Shown: one piece after another, positions 13,751 through 25,700 of the stretch | Numbering within the stretch: position 1 is the first letter of the stretch | Layout: each line of letters opens with the position of its first letter | Assembly: GCF_004010195.1 (NCBI RefSeq) | Contig: NC_057756.1 | Span: forward strand, 3,267,824 to 3,328,988 | Direction of reading: 5' to 3' | DNA from: Chiloscyllium plagiosum | Taxonomy: Eukaryota | Length of the DNA: 61,165 bases | Position numbers and translations under genes: made by a program | Notes under the pieces: model-generated | Databases searched by the model: none | Told to the model about the DNA's origin: nothing | Seen by the model: only the letters and a program-made list of their open reading frames with translations

Positions 13751-16700
13751 CCTGGTGAGTGTTGAAATCTGGATCCTTCTCAGACCTTTTATTTAAAGAA
13801 TCTTCTCATTAAAATACTCTGCGGGTTATTCAGTTGTCAACAGTTTTCCATATGTAAGTAGCCTCTATGTAACATACAGCATTCTTTTTTTAAGAAGTCT
13901 GAAGTTCAAATATTCCCCCTCACACTCCACACATTTGGGCAGCTGGTGTAAGGCCCTGCTAACACTTCAGATTACATGTCCTTTATATTGGATTCCACAA
14001 CAAGGAATGGCAGAGACCCAGCTTAAGTTTATAAATAAAACGTGTTAAACGATATGTATGATTTTGTTTCTCAATTGGCATCACTAATAAATGTCATACT
14101 TTTACCGATGTCGAAATTTGAATGGAAATATTCAGTCATGCGAGATGTCAGGCATGTAAAATTGAAACTTTTTTTGAAAGACGAGAATCAAAGAAAAGTC
14201 AGCTTCATAAGTTCATAAAGGACTGATCGCAGTCTGATCCGAGTGAGAATCTAGATCAAGATATGTAGAGGCAGCGATCAGAACAGGTGTGTTTTGCTCA
14301 CTCTATTTTTCCTCTTAGTTTGTAAAAAACTTTTTGGCAGAATAAACTGATGCCTTTGCTCACGTCTCCAACACAAAATAGTTCATTAATTAGTGATCGC
14401 TTCTAATTTAGCTATTTATATTAGGTCACTTGCAGATTAAAATACAAAGAAATACTGTTTTGCAAACAGGGTGACCATAGAGATCTCCCTTTACCAAATG
14501 AGAACAATGTCTAATTGAACAAAAGCGGGACCCAGGGATCGATTACCTTCAGTTAGAACTCATTCGAACGTTTCTGCTTCATGGTGGCAAAGTCTGTAGC
14601 GGGTATTTTTTTTTTTGCTGGAAAAAGTCCTGCCTCAAATTTGCTCAGTGATCATGGACAGGAGGGTTTGACTGCGGGCGAGGCTGGTAAAGGGATCCAC
14701 TACATGCTCTGACACGAACCGGAGTCCTTTAGTTTGTCCACCAGCAGTTTGCCATTCTTGCTTCCTTTGCGTATGAGAGTAGGGGACAGCAGGGAATGTA
14801 TACAATGTTCTCATACAGCGGTGAACACTTCCACAATTTAAATAAACATCCAGAGAAGGTCACCTCGCCTCCTAATCTGTTAAAATATAAGTGACAGAGA
14901 AGTCTCAAAATCTACTAAGTAAACACGTTTTTAAAACAAATTCTTTAACTCGAATAGTGAACATTAATCAACAACTGTTCTCAACTTTAAGCCCCTTTTC
15001 TATGAACTGCTTGTTATTTGCTTCCAAATCTATAACTCTAATTCCAATAAAAAAAAGTATTAAAATCGCGTTAACTTAATTTCAAAATCACAAAGCCGAT
15101 GTCCTCTCTGGTGTCCTTCTTATTTCGGCTGAAGCTCTCGCTGGATCACATTTTGACCTATACTGCAAAGATGTTTCGATAGTGCGTGCTTTGAATGCCA
15201 GTCTGCCTAGATGGCAGTCACTCTCTGTCAATGACAGTTACACTGTCTGACTTTCGAAATGCCTGCTTTTTTTTTCGCCCAAAATCATCTCATTGGTTCG
15301 GGATTGACATAAACAATGCATTCAAATTTGTTTGTGCTTCAGTATCGAGTGGCATAATTTAAATTGATTGGATAAATTGGAAATTGTTGTAAAAAAGCAA
15401 TTAACTCATGCATTTATTTCATAGCCAGATGTTACATATGTTCATTTTTCCAGTACACTCTGTGACTGCAAGTAAGTCACATGACATGTGCTTGCAAACT
15501 GTCAGCACAAATCAACATTCACTCCACCTTCAATATACCAATACGCCATGAACTTCATAACACCTTCTGCTGAAGAAAAAACCAAAACGCATCATAATGA
15601 AATGATGGCTTCTTTCTTTGTAAGTCTGAGCCATTACAATGAAAGGCACAGGGCATTAATCCAAGTTCACGTTAATTTTAGCACACATATCTATAATATT
15701 TCGTATCTATTGTATTTCATCTATACAGCAGTCCTTCGTACCTGCAGGCCATATGCTTGACGATTTCGTGCGGATGACCAAAACCCCAGCTAGTAGTGAA
15801 CAGAAGATAGTAGTGAATTATTAAGTGGCAAATTTGTTTCCCAGCAGGCTCTGGTCCCTGGTTCTGGAATATTCCACGTAATACGCTCGAACTGTGTTAA
15901 CTTGCCATAAACTGAAACTGTGGTAATTGAACTAACTGTTATGGCGGTCGCTCTGTAATTTATCCTTTAAATGCGCGATAATGTATCTTCAATCAGATTT
16001 TTATGACCTACAATATGTACAATTTGTAACTTAAAAGTCTGTAATATAAGAGTCCAAAGAAGTAGTCTCATTTGTTTTCATTAACTCGTTGCAAAAATGT
16101 AACAGGGTTGTGATTCGTGTACACAGGTGTATTAAATACATTAATCATCACACAAATAATAAAATGTTGTCGACCAGTATCAAACTCAATAAAACCTTTT
16201 CAATGGTCGAGTATTTTCTCTGGTCGTTGCTGAGTTTCTTTGGGAAGGCGCCAATGGGCCTTTCACTTCCAAAATTCTCTTCTTGTAGTTGTAAAGCTTG
16301 AGCTCCTATGTCGCTAGCACTGTTTGCTACTTTGAAAGGATTCAAGTATTTTGCTGCAGCTAAAATTTCTGCAGTGTTTAATACGGGTATTCAATTGTCA
16401 TATGCGTCCTGGCATTGCTGTGCTCACTGAAAGTTTGAATTGTTTTCAGAAAATCCGTCAGCATTGCCACTATGCTGCTGGAGTTTGAAACAAACTTCCC
16501 GTAGAATCTGCTTAGTTCGAAAAGTCGAAGCATGTATTTCTTCGATGTTAGTATTAGATATTCATTGATGATCTTCGACTTGGCTTTCATTCAGGTTGGC
16601 TGATGTTATATTCCAAGAACGTCACCTCTGCCTTCGCGAATTTGTTTTTCTTTAAGTTTGCTATCAGTTGTGCTTCTCATAGTCGTTCAAAGAGCTCGGC

Positions 16701-16759
16701 CAAATGTACCCATGTGTTTTGTCGATGAATCACTCAAGAACACTTCATTATCCAAATAG

Positions 16760-18202
16760 AGACATAGAGTCATAGAAATGTGCAGCATGGAAACAGACCC
16801 TTCGGTCCAACCCGTCGATGACGTTCAGATATCACAACACAATCTAGTCCCACTTGCCAGCACCCGGCCCATATCCCTCCAAATCTTTCCAATTCATATA
16901 CCCATCCAAATGCATTTTAAATGTTGAAATAGCCTTCACCACTTCCTTTAGCAGCCCATTCCATAGTTGTACCACCATCTGCGTGAAAATGTTGCCCCTT
17001 AGGTCCCTTTCATACCTTTCCTCTCTCACCCTAAACTATGTCTTCTAGTTCTGTAGTCCCCGACCCCAGGGAAAAAAGACTTTGTCTATCTATCCTCAGT
17101 TTCTCCCCATAGCTCAAATCATCCAACCCTAGCAACATCATTGTAAATCTTTTTTTGATCCCTTTCAAGTTTCACAATATCTTTCCGATAGGAAGGAGAC
17201 TAGAATAGCACGCAATATTCCAACATTGGCCTAACCAACTGTCCTGTACAGCCGCAACATGACGTCCTAATTCTTTTACTCAACACTCTTAGCAATAAAA
17301 TAAAACATACCAAACGCCTACTTCACAAACCTATGGTCCTGCGACTCCACTTTCAAGGAGATAGGAACTTGCAATCCAATGTCTCCTTGTTGAGCAAGTC
17401 TCTAGGACCTTACCATTAATTGTATAAATCCTTCTAAGATTTGCTTTCCCAAAATGCAGCACCTCGCATTTATCTGAATTAAACTCCATCTGCCACTTCT
17501 CGGCCCATTGGCCCATCTGTTGTAATCTAATGTAACCTTCTTCGCTGTCCACTACACCTCCAATTTTGATGTATTCTGCAAACTTACTCTCGATACCGCT
17601 TATGCTTGCATCCAAATCATTTATATAAATGACAAAGCGTTGAGGACCCAGCACCGATCCTTGTGGCACTCCACTGTTCACAGGCCTCCAGTCTAGAAAA
17701 CAACACTCCACCACCAACCTCTGTCTTCTACCTTTGAGCCAGTTCTGTATCCAAATAGTTAGTTCTCCCTCTATTCCGTGAGATGTAACCTTGCTAACCA
17801 GTCTCCCATGTGGGACCTTGCTTAACGCTTTACTGAAGTCCATACAGATCACATTTACCGCTCTGCCTTCATCAATCCCCGACGTTGCTTCTTCAAAAGC
17901 TCAATCACGTTTGTGAGACATGATTTCCCACGCACAAAACCATGCTGACTATCCCTCATCAGTCCATGCCTTTCCAAATACATGTACATATTGCGCCTCA
18001 TGATTGCCTCCAACAACTTTCCCACCACCGACGTCTGGCTCACTGGTCCATTGTTCCGTGATTTATCCTTACTATCCTTCTTAAAGAGTGGCACCACGTT
18101 AGCCAACCTTCAGTCTTTTGGCATTTGTGACTATAAATGATACAAATATCTCAGCAAAGGCTCAACAATTACTTCCCTGGCTTCCCATAGAGTTCTAGGG
18201 TA
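16760..18202 (-). mobile_element. CR1 LINE 3' portion (RT + 3' UTR), left arm of the palindrome
   Basis: ORFs 17855-18106 and 17331-17852: ANVVPLFKK, QHGFVRGKSCLTN, SGVPQGSVLGP, WQMEFNSDKCEVLHFG; (CTATGACT)n-type tail at ~16760. Confidence 0.93.
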
Positions 18203-19645
18203 CACCTAGAACTCTATGGGAAGCCAGGGAAGTAATTGTTGAGCCTTTGCTGAGATATTTGTATCATTTATAGTCACAAATGCCAAAAGACTGAAGGTTG
18301 GCTAACGTGGTGCCACTCTTTAAGAAGGATAGTAAGGATAAATCACGGAACAATGGACCAGTGAGCCAGACGTCGGTGGTGGGAAAGTTGTTGGAGGCAA
18401 TCATGAGGCGCAATATGTACATGTATTTGGAAAGGCATGGACTGATGAGGGATAGTCAGCATGGTTTTGTGCGTGGGAAATCATGTCTCACAAACGTGAT
18501 TGAGCTTTTGAAGAAGCAACGTCGGGGATTGATGAAGGCAGAGCGGTAAATGTGATCTGTATGGACTTCAGTAAAGCGTTAAGCAAGGTCCCACATGGGA
18601 GACTGGTTAGCAAGGTTACATCTCACGGAATAGAGGGAGAACTAACTATTTGGATACAGAACTGGCTCAAAGGTAGAAGACAGAGGTTGGTGGTGGAGTG
18701 TTGTTTTCTAGACTGGAGGCCTGTGAACAGTGGAGTGCCACAAGGATCGGTGCTGGGTCCTCAACGCTTTGTCATTTATATAAATGATTTGGATGCAAGC
18801 ATAAGCGGTATCGAGAGTAAGTTTGCAGAATACATCAAAATTGGAGGTGTAGTGGACAGCGAAGAAGGTTACATTAGATTACAACAGATGGGCCAATGGG
18901 CCGAGAAGTGGCAGATGGAGTTTAATTCAGATAAATGCGAGGTGCTGCATTTTGGGAAAGCAAATCTTAGAAGGATTTATACAATTAATGGTAAGGTCCT
19001 AGAGACTTGCTCAACAAGGAGACATTGGATTGCAAGTTCCTATCTCCTTGAAAGTGGAGTCGCAGGACCATAGGTTTGTGAAGTAGGCGTTTGGTATGTT
19101 TTATTTTATTGCTAAGAGTGTTGAGTAAAAGAATTAGGACGTCATGTTGCGGCTGTACAGGACAGTTGGTTAGGCCAATGTTGGAATATTGCGTGCTATT
19201 CTAGTCTCCTTCCTATCGGAAAGATATTGTGAAACTTGAAAGGGATCAAAAAAAGATTTACAATGATGTTGCTAGGGTTGGATGATTTGAGCTATGGGGA
19301 GAAACTGAGGATAGATAGACAAAGTCTTTTTTCCCTGGGGTCGGGGACTACAGAACTAGAAGACATAGTTTAGGGTGAGAGAGGAAAGGTATGAAAGGGA
19401 CCTAAGGGGCAACATTTTCACGCAGATGGTGGTACAACTATGGAATGGGCTGCTAAAGGAAGTGGTGAAGGCTATTTCAACATTTAAAATGCATTTGGAT
19501 GGGTATATGAATTGGAAAGATTTGGAGGGATATGGGCCGGGTGCTGGCAAGTGGGACTAGATTGTGTTGTGATATCTGAACGTCATCGACGGGTTGGACC
19601 GAAGGGTCTGTTTCCATGCTGCACATTTCTATGACTCTATGTCTC
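18203..19645 (+). mobile_element. Inverted duplicate of the same CR1 3' portion, right arm
   Basis: ORFs 18298-18549, 18552-19073 and 19375-19560 are identical to the left-arm ORFs. Confidence 0.93.
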
Positions 19646-19944
19646 TATTTGGATAATGAAGTGTTCTTGAGTGATTCATCGACAAAACACATGGGTACAT
19701 TTGGCCGAGCTCTTTGAACGACTATGAGAAGCACAACTGATAGCAAACTTAAAGAAAAACAAATTCGCGAAGGCAGAGGTGACGTTCTTGGAATATAACA
19801 TCAGCCAACCTGAATGAAAGCCAAGTCGAAGATCATCAATGAATATCTAATACTAACATCGAAGAAATACATGCTTCGACTTTTCGAACTAAGCAGATTC
19901 TACGGGAAGTTTGTTTCAAACTCCAGCAGCATAGTGGCAATGCT

Positions 19945-20069
19945 AAGCGGGCATTGGATAGGTATGTGGAGGATAGTGGGTTAGTATAGGTTAGGTGGGC
20001 TTGGATCGGCGCAACATCGAGAGCCAAAGGGCCTGTACTGCGCTGTATTCTTCTATGTTCTATGTTCTA
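19945..20069 (+). mobile_element. Short 5'-truncated CR1 3' end with (TTCTATG)n tail
   Basis: ...ggcgcaacatcgagagccaaagggcctgtactgcgctgtattcttctatgttctatgttcta; tail differs from the CR1 in the palindrome arms. Confidence 0.8.
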
Positions 20070-21738
20070 AAATTCTTTCACTTTCTCTGGTGAAGGTACC
20101 TGCCAATAACCACGATTTAAGTAAACGTTTATGACGGAACTGGCTTGTCCGACTTTCTGTCTACAGTCCAACAATCTTGTTATTGGGTATGCGTCAGAAT
20201 TTTTTTACAACGTCGACCTCCTGAGAGTCCACACGAAATCGATAAAACCCATCAGTTGTGTGAATGAACATGATCAATGAAGTCCACTCGCTCTTGCTCA
20301 GTTCAATGATGTCTTCGTTGATCATTGCATTCATTTTCTTCTGGGCCTGTGTGAGTTTGAAAGGATTAAGCCTATACAATCCTTAGTTCTTCTTCACAAT
20401 ATCATTTATCCTCGCCATCTTATTTCTGCATATGTTCTCTTACTACTGTAACCCACGTTTCAACTTTTTGTATTTGCTTTTGAGACAATAGTTCACCAAC
20501 CTAGCAGACTCCTCAAAGATTTCCTCATTGTTTAATATATTTTAAGGTACATCAAACTCCGCAACATCTGGATTTAATTGCTAAGTCTGCAGAGGAGTAA
20601 CGAAGACCTGTTTCTCCAGTTCCTTACCTCCATTTTAATAAGGGGCAACATATTTACAGGATATACGCAATGCAGTACTTTTGCCTATCTGGCACCTTTA
20701 CCAGATAGCTTGCCTAGTACATAGATCATAGAAGAGTACAGCACAGAACAGGCCCACCGATCCACGATGATTGCCGAGGATTATTCCTAATCTAAAATAG
20801 AGTAACCTAAGCTACTCACCCCTCAATTCACTGCTGTCCATGTGCATTTCCAGCAGTCGCTTCAATGTCCCTCATGACTCCGGTTTCCACCACCACCGCT
20901 GGTAAAGCATTCACCAGTTCCTCAACTCTCGGCATAAAGATCCTCCCTTCAATGCCTCCTCTGTACCTTCCTCCTAATATCTTAAAATTATCCCCCTGAT
21001 GCCACTCAGTCCTGCCCTGGGGGAAAGCCTCTCGCTGTTGAACCTAACCATGCCTCTCATTATTTTGTATACCTCCATCAGATCACCTCTCTTCCTTCTC
21101 CTTCTGGAGAGAAAAGTACGATTTTACTCAACCTCTCTTCGTAAGACATATCCTCCAGTTCAGGAAGTGTCCTGGTAAAACTTATTTGCACCCTCTCCAA
21201 ATCTCCTAATCTTTCCTACAATAGGGCGACAAGAAAAGGGCACAATATTCCAAGTGTGGTCTCCTCAGGGTATTGCAGGTCTACGGCAAAACGTTGCAGC
21301 TCTTAAACTCAATCCCTCGTTAATGAAAGTAACAACGCTATTGAATTTCTTTACAACCCTATCCACTTGGGTGGCAACTTCCAGGGATCTATGCACTTGT
21401 CCACCAAGATCCCTCTTTTCCTCCACCCTGTCAAGAATCCTATCTTTAATCCTATATTAAGCATTCAAGTTCTAACTTCCAAAATGCATCACTTCGCTTT
21501 TATCCATTTGAACTCGATCAGCCATTTCTCAGCCCTACCTATGTTAAGTTGCAGCCTGCAATAGTGTTTGATATCATTAAGGACACCTCCAACCTTTTTG
21601 TCATCGGCAATTTTACTAACACATCCCTCAACCTCTTCATCCAAGTCCTTCATAAAAACTCCAAAGAGCAGAGCCCCAAGAGCACAGCCCTGCGGGACAT
21701 CACTCACCAATGACCTCTCGGCAGAGTACATTCCATCT

Positions 21739-21870
21739 GAGCTGAAAATGTGTTGCTGGAAAAGCGCAGCAGGTCAGGCAGCATCCAAGGAACAGGAGTA
21801 TCGACGTTTCGGGCATAAGCCCTTCTTCAGCTCTGATCTCTAGCATCTGCAGCCCTCACTTTCTCCTCGA
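21739..21870. mobile_element. PLE pseudo-LTR fragment with hammerhead motif (type A, 21803-21830 minus) and an inverted second segment
   Basis: Flanked by diverged direct repeat AGAGTACATTCCATCT (21723-21738) / AGAATACATTCAATCT (21871-21886). Confidence 0.75.
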
Positions 21871-22423
21871 AGAATACATTCAATCTACAACTACACTCTG
21901 CCTCTGTCAGCCAACCAATTCTGAATCCAGACAGCCACATATCACTGTATCCCATGCCTCCTGACGCTGTGAATGAGCCTACCATGTGAAACATTATCAA
22001 ATGCCTTACTGAAGTCCATATACACCACATCCACAGCTCTGCCTTCATCGACCTGCCTTCTTACCACCTCAAAGAACTCAGGAAAATTGGTGATGTCTGA
22101 CCTGCCCCTCACAAAGTCATGCTGAGTGCCTTTAATCAGGCTATGCTTTTTCCAAATACTCATAAATCATATCCGTCAGAATACTTTCCAAAGCCTGACT
22201 GACTACAGATATAAGACTGACTGGTCTGTAATTGACAGGGATTTCCTTATTTGCCTTCACGAAAAGAGGAACAACATTCGCTACCCTACAATCCTCCAGT
22301 ACGACTCACGTCGAGAGTGAGGAAGCAAAGATCTTCTCCAGCGGTTTATCATCCTATTTCTCGCTTCCCGAAATAATCTAAGATAAATCTGGTCTGGCCC
22401 GGGGTCCTATCTATCTTATTTCT

Positions 22424-22745
22424 GGACGGCACGGTGGCACAGTGGTTAGCACTGCTGCCTCACAACGCCAGAGACCCGGGTTCAATTCCCGCCTCAGGCG
22501 ACTGACTGTGTGGAGTTTGCACGTTCTCCCCGTGTCTGCGTGGGTTTCCTCCGGGTGATCCGGTTTCCTCCCACAGTCCAAAGATGTGCAGGTCAGGTGA
22601 ATTGGCCATGCTAAATTGCCCGTAGTGTTAGGTAAGGGGTAAATGTAGGGGTATGGGTGGGTTGCGCTTCGGCAGGGCGGTGTGGACTTGTTGGGCCGAA
22701 AGGCCTGTTTCCACACTGTAAGTAATCTAATCTAATCTAAAAAAA
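22424..22745 (+). mobile_element. HE1-like tRNA-derived SINE (V-SINE), full length
   Basis: A box TGGCACAGTGG (22435-22445), B box GGTTCAATTCC (22479-22489), V-domain GGAGTTTGCACGTTCTCCCCGTGTCTGCGTGGGTTTCCTCC, CR1-like 3' end and (ATCTA)n tail. Confidence 0.92.
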
Positions 22746-25700
22746 TGTTCAGCACATGAATTTGATCTATTCAATCAGTTTCCTAGCTCCTCAAAGTTCT
22801 CATTTACAACATTATCCTTTCCTTATTGAAAAAAAAACTAACTTCGGCCTTCCCCTGTCTGCTCAGACTCTGCGCACGAGTTCCTTCTGCTATCCCCGAC
22901 CGACCTAACCTGTGTCTGATCATTCTCTTATTCCTCACCAATGAGTAAAATGCATTTGGGTTCTACCTAATACTTCCTGCGAAGTCATTTTCCTGCCCCT
23001 TCTTGCCTCTACTCAGCTTATTACTGAGCTACTTTCTGATAAGCCTGTAATCCTCTAAAGCTGTGCTAGATCCTTGCCTCCTCCAACTTATGAAATCTTC
23101 CTTCTTCCTTTGGACAAGAAGCTCCTCTGTTTTCATCGTCCAAGGCATCCTAATCTTAATCCTTCTTGCCTGTCTCAAGGGGGCAAATTTGTGCATCACT
23201 CACAATAACTGCTCCTTAAACGAACTCCACATGTCTGTTGTTCCCTTCCTGGGGATCAATTTTTCCCAATCTGTTTTTCCAAACACCTGTCTGAGAGCGT
23301 CATTATTTCCTTTTCCTAAAACAAATTTCTTCCCTTCGTCGCTGCTCCTTTCCCTCCCCAAGGCTATGGTTAATGTCAGGCAGTCGTGGTCAATGTCACG
23401 AAAGTGTTCTGCCACCGCTCGATCTGACCCTTGGACTGGCTGATTGCCGAGCACCAAATCCAATGTCGCCTCTCACTCGACGGCATATCTAGATACTGAG
23501 TACGAAAACTCTCCTGAACACACCTGACAAAAACGGCTTCATTTTAAACCAATTTGCGCCAAGAAGGTGCCAATCAATATTGGGACTGTTGAGTGACCCA
23601 TAATAACAACTTTGCTACATCTGCATTTTTGCAAAAATGCCTAATTATGCGTTCTTCAATCTCCTTACTGTTATTAGGGGGTCTGTGTAAAACCCCCAAT
23701 GAGGTGGCTGCTCCCTTTGCTCTTCCTAATATCTCCCCATACAGCATCAGTAAACAAACCTTCCACAACAACCTTCGTTTTGGAGCTGTGATACACTGTC
23801 TGATTAGCATTGCTGTACCCCCTCCTCTTTTTGCACCCTCCCTGTTCTTTTCCTACGTTCTAACCCATGGAACATCTATCAATCATTCCTACCCCTATGA
23901 AACCAATAACTCCATTATGGCCTCAACATTATAATCCCAAGCACTGATCCATGCTCTAAGTTGATCACTTTTAGTTCTGACACTCCTTACTGAATTTTAC
24001 CCGAGTTAACTTAGTTACTCAATTTGATAGGCATCACTAAACCTGTACTTGAAGTGATAATCTACCACTTGTAAAGAGAGTAATATGTCATCCTCATGGG
24101 AAAACGTCCGAGTTTCAGAGTTTTTATCTGAAACCTGCGTCATTCAATGTTCTGTCCTCTTCAGGTACTCTCTGACCCGCTTTAGTCTGTTACTCACCTC
24201 AGATACATAATGCAAGTGTGAGATCGCCGATTCAGTCTTTTAATTTTCTCATTAACCAATCTCAAAGGCCCTTTCATTTCATGTCCGAATATTAACTTGA
24301 AGTGAGGAAACTGACTAGATTCATTTGGGGCGACAAAGCTAATGGGCTCCCTTTACACCCGTCATTCAGGTAATCCATACAACACGATTTTACCATTGTC
24401 TGCAGGGTCTGATGCTACCTTTGTGATGCTCCCTGTGCTTCGGGATGGCACGAATTGATTTAAAGTGTTGTATGGCTGAGCTATCCATGGCTTACTTAAG
24501 CATCATAGAAGTAAAATTAGACAGATTGATCTGATTAAATATCTCTGGGTAGCCCATACGGCATGAAAAAACAATCTACTAACTCGTCTGAAACCCTGTT
24601 TTCCAGAAGACTTGTAATGGAATTCCCTCCGGAGATCTGGCACTCCCATCCATTACAGTTAACAAGTACTGGCTCCAACACTTTGTTTTAGGAAGGGAAT
24701 CTACACAAGCAAGCATACCTCGCATGAAAGATTCTTCGAAAGTGTGAATTGGCAACGAACGTGCTGGTGTTGTGATCGTTTGTGGCTTACATTAGGCATG
24801 CATGATACGTATGGTAAAAGTTAACTGCATCCTTGTTCATTATAGGCCAATAGGCATAATGTTATGCATTCGCCTGAGTCTTACCTACAACTAGTTGATC
24901 TCCTCAATGTAAATCAACTGCTACCCGTATGTTAGTGGCAACACAATCTGGTGCACTTCTGCCCATTTCTCCTCTGGACTAACCTGCTGTGGCCTTTATT
25001 TTCATCCTAGTATTCTATCTTTAAAACAATGACCTGCAGGAATATATTCAGACTGCTTTTCTGAGTATGCCTCGATATGTATATCTGTAATTGTCTCGTC
25101 TTTCTATGGAAGTCAACTAGCCTTTCTCGAATAAACAGGGCTATCCCTGTGCCTGTTCATGTTTTTCCTACACCTTTACTTCAAACAGGGTGCCCGCTAA
25201 CTGCACCTGAAATCCTTCATCTTTCTGTTTAGTTTAAATTTCATTCTGTGACTTATGAAGGTGAGATCTTGGTAATGTGCAGTCTGGAAAAGTTTCTGGG
25301 TATTTTTCTTTAACTTCCCATTTCCCTGTTCTTCCTTTGGCTTCTCCATCACAAGGCATATCTCTCCCAATTGGATCCTGCTAAGTAGATCCCAATAACA
25401 AGCTGCATTCCTGGAACTGACACTCTCTCAATCATTCCAACTGTTAGTTTCCCAGATTTGATTTTGCTCTCCCACCTGACCTTACACAGAAGAATTCCAA
25501 ATTTCTCTCCATCTATCCTAGAAATTATCACTCTCTTGGAAGACAGGTAAGGAGGTTTGCAAATAAATTCATCTCTTGTCATTAAAGACAGATTGGATCA
25601 TGTATCTCTCACAATTATAACTTCTTGTTCTTCACTCCCTGTTCTACCGGATTAAATTTTACCAAAGAACTGAAGTCATTATCAAGTCAAGCACTCAAGA

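Larger units (their letters stand above)
16460..19944. repeat. Large inverted repeat (fold-back palindrome): arms 16460-18199 and 18205-19944, 5-nt spacer GTACA
   Basis: Four ORF pairs have identical translations on opposite strands with coordinates summing to 36404; centre ...TTCTAGG-gtaca-CCTAGAA...; pairing stops at 16459/19945. Confidence 0.97.
20721..23990 (-). mobile_element. Decayed CR1 LINE (near-complete ORF2 + 3' UTR) inserted in the Gypsy integrase
   Basis: ORF 21489-21731 SDVPQGCALGALLF...IADDKK; ORF 21942-22163 VDVVYMDFSKAFDNVSHGRL; ORF 23200-23463 DLVLGNQP; ORF 23574-23810 GVLHRPPN; tail at ~20721. Confidence 0.9.

Noticed and set aside
14466..14830. Possible hAT-type MITE starting CAGGGTGACCATA
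   Set aside because: No convincing matching terminal inverted repeat or TSD found
18298..19073. Functional reverse transcriptase gene
   Set aside because: Split by frameshifts, and the catalytic FADD reads FAEY; dead CR1 copy
22424..22500. tRNA gene
   Set aside because: The A/B boxes belong to a SINE head that continues into a V-domain and LINE-derived tail
22411..22716. 101-aa ORF and similar ORF 34007-34249 (apparently conserved peptide)
   Set aside because: Antisense translations of two copies of the same SINE
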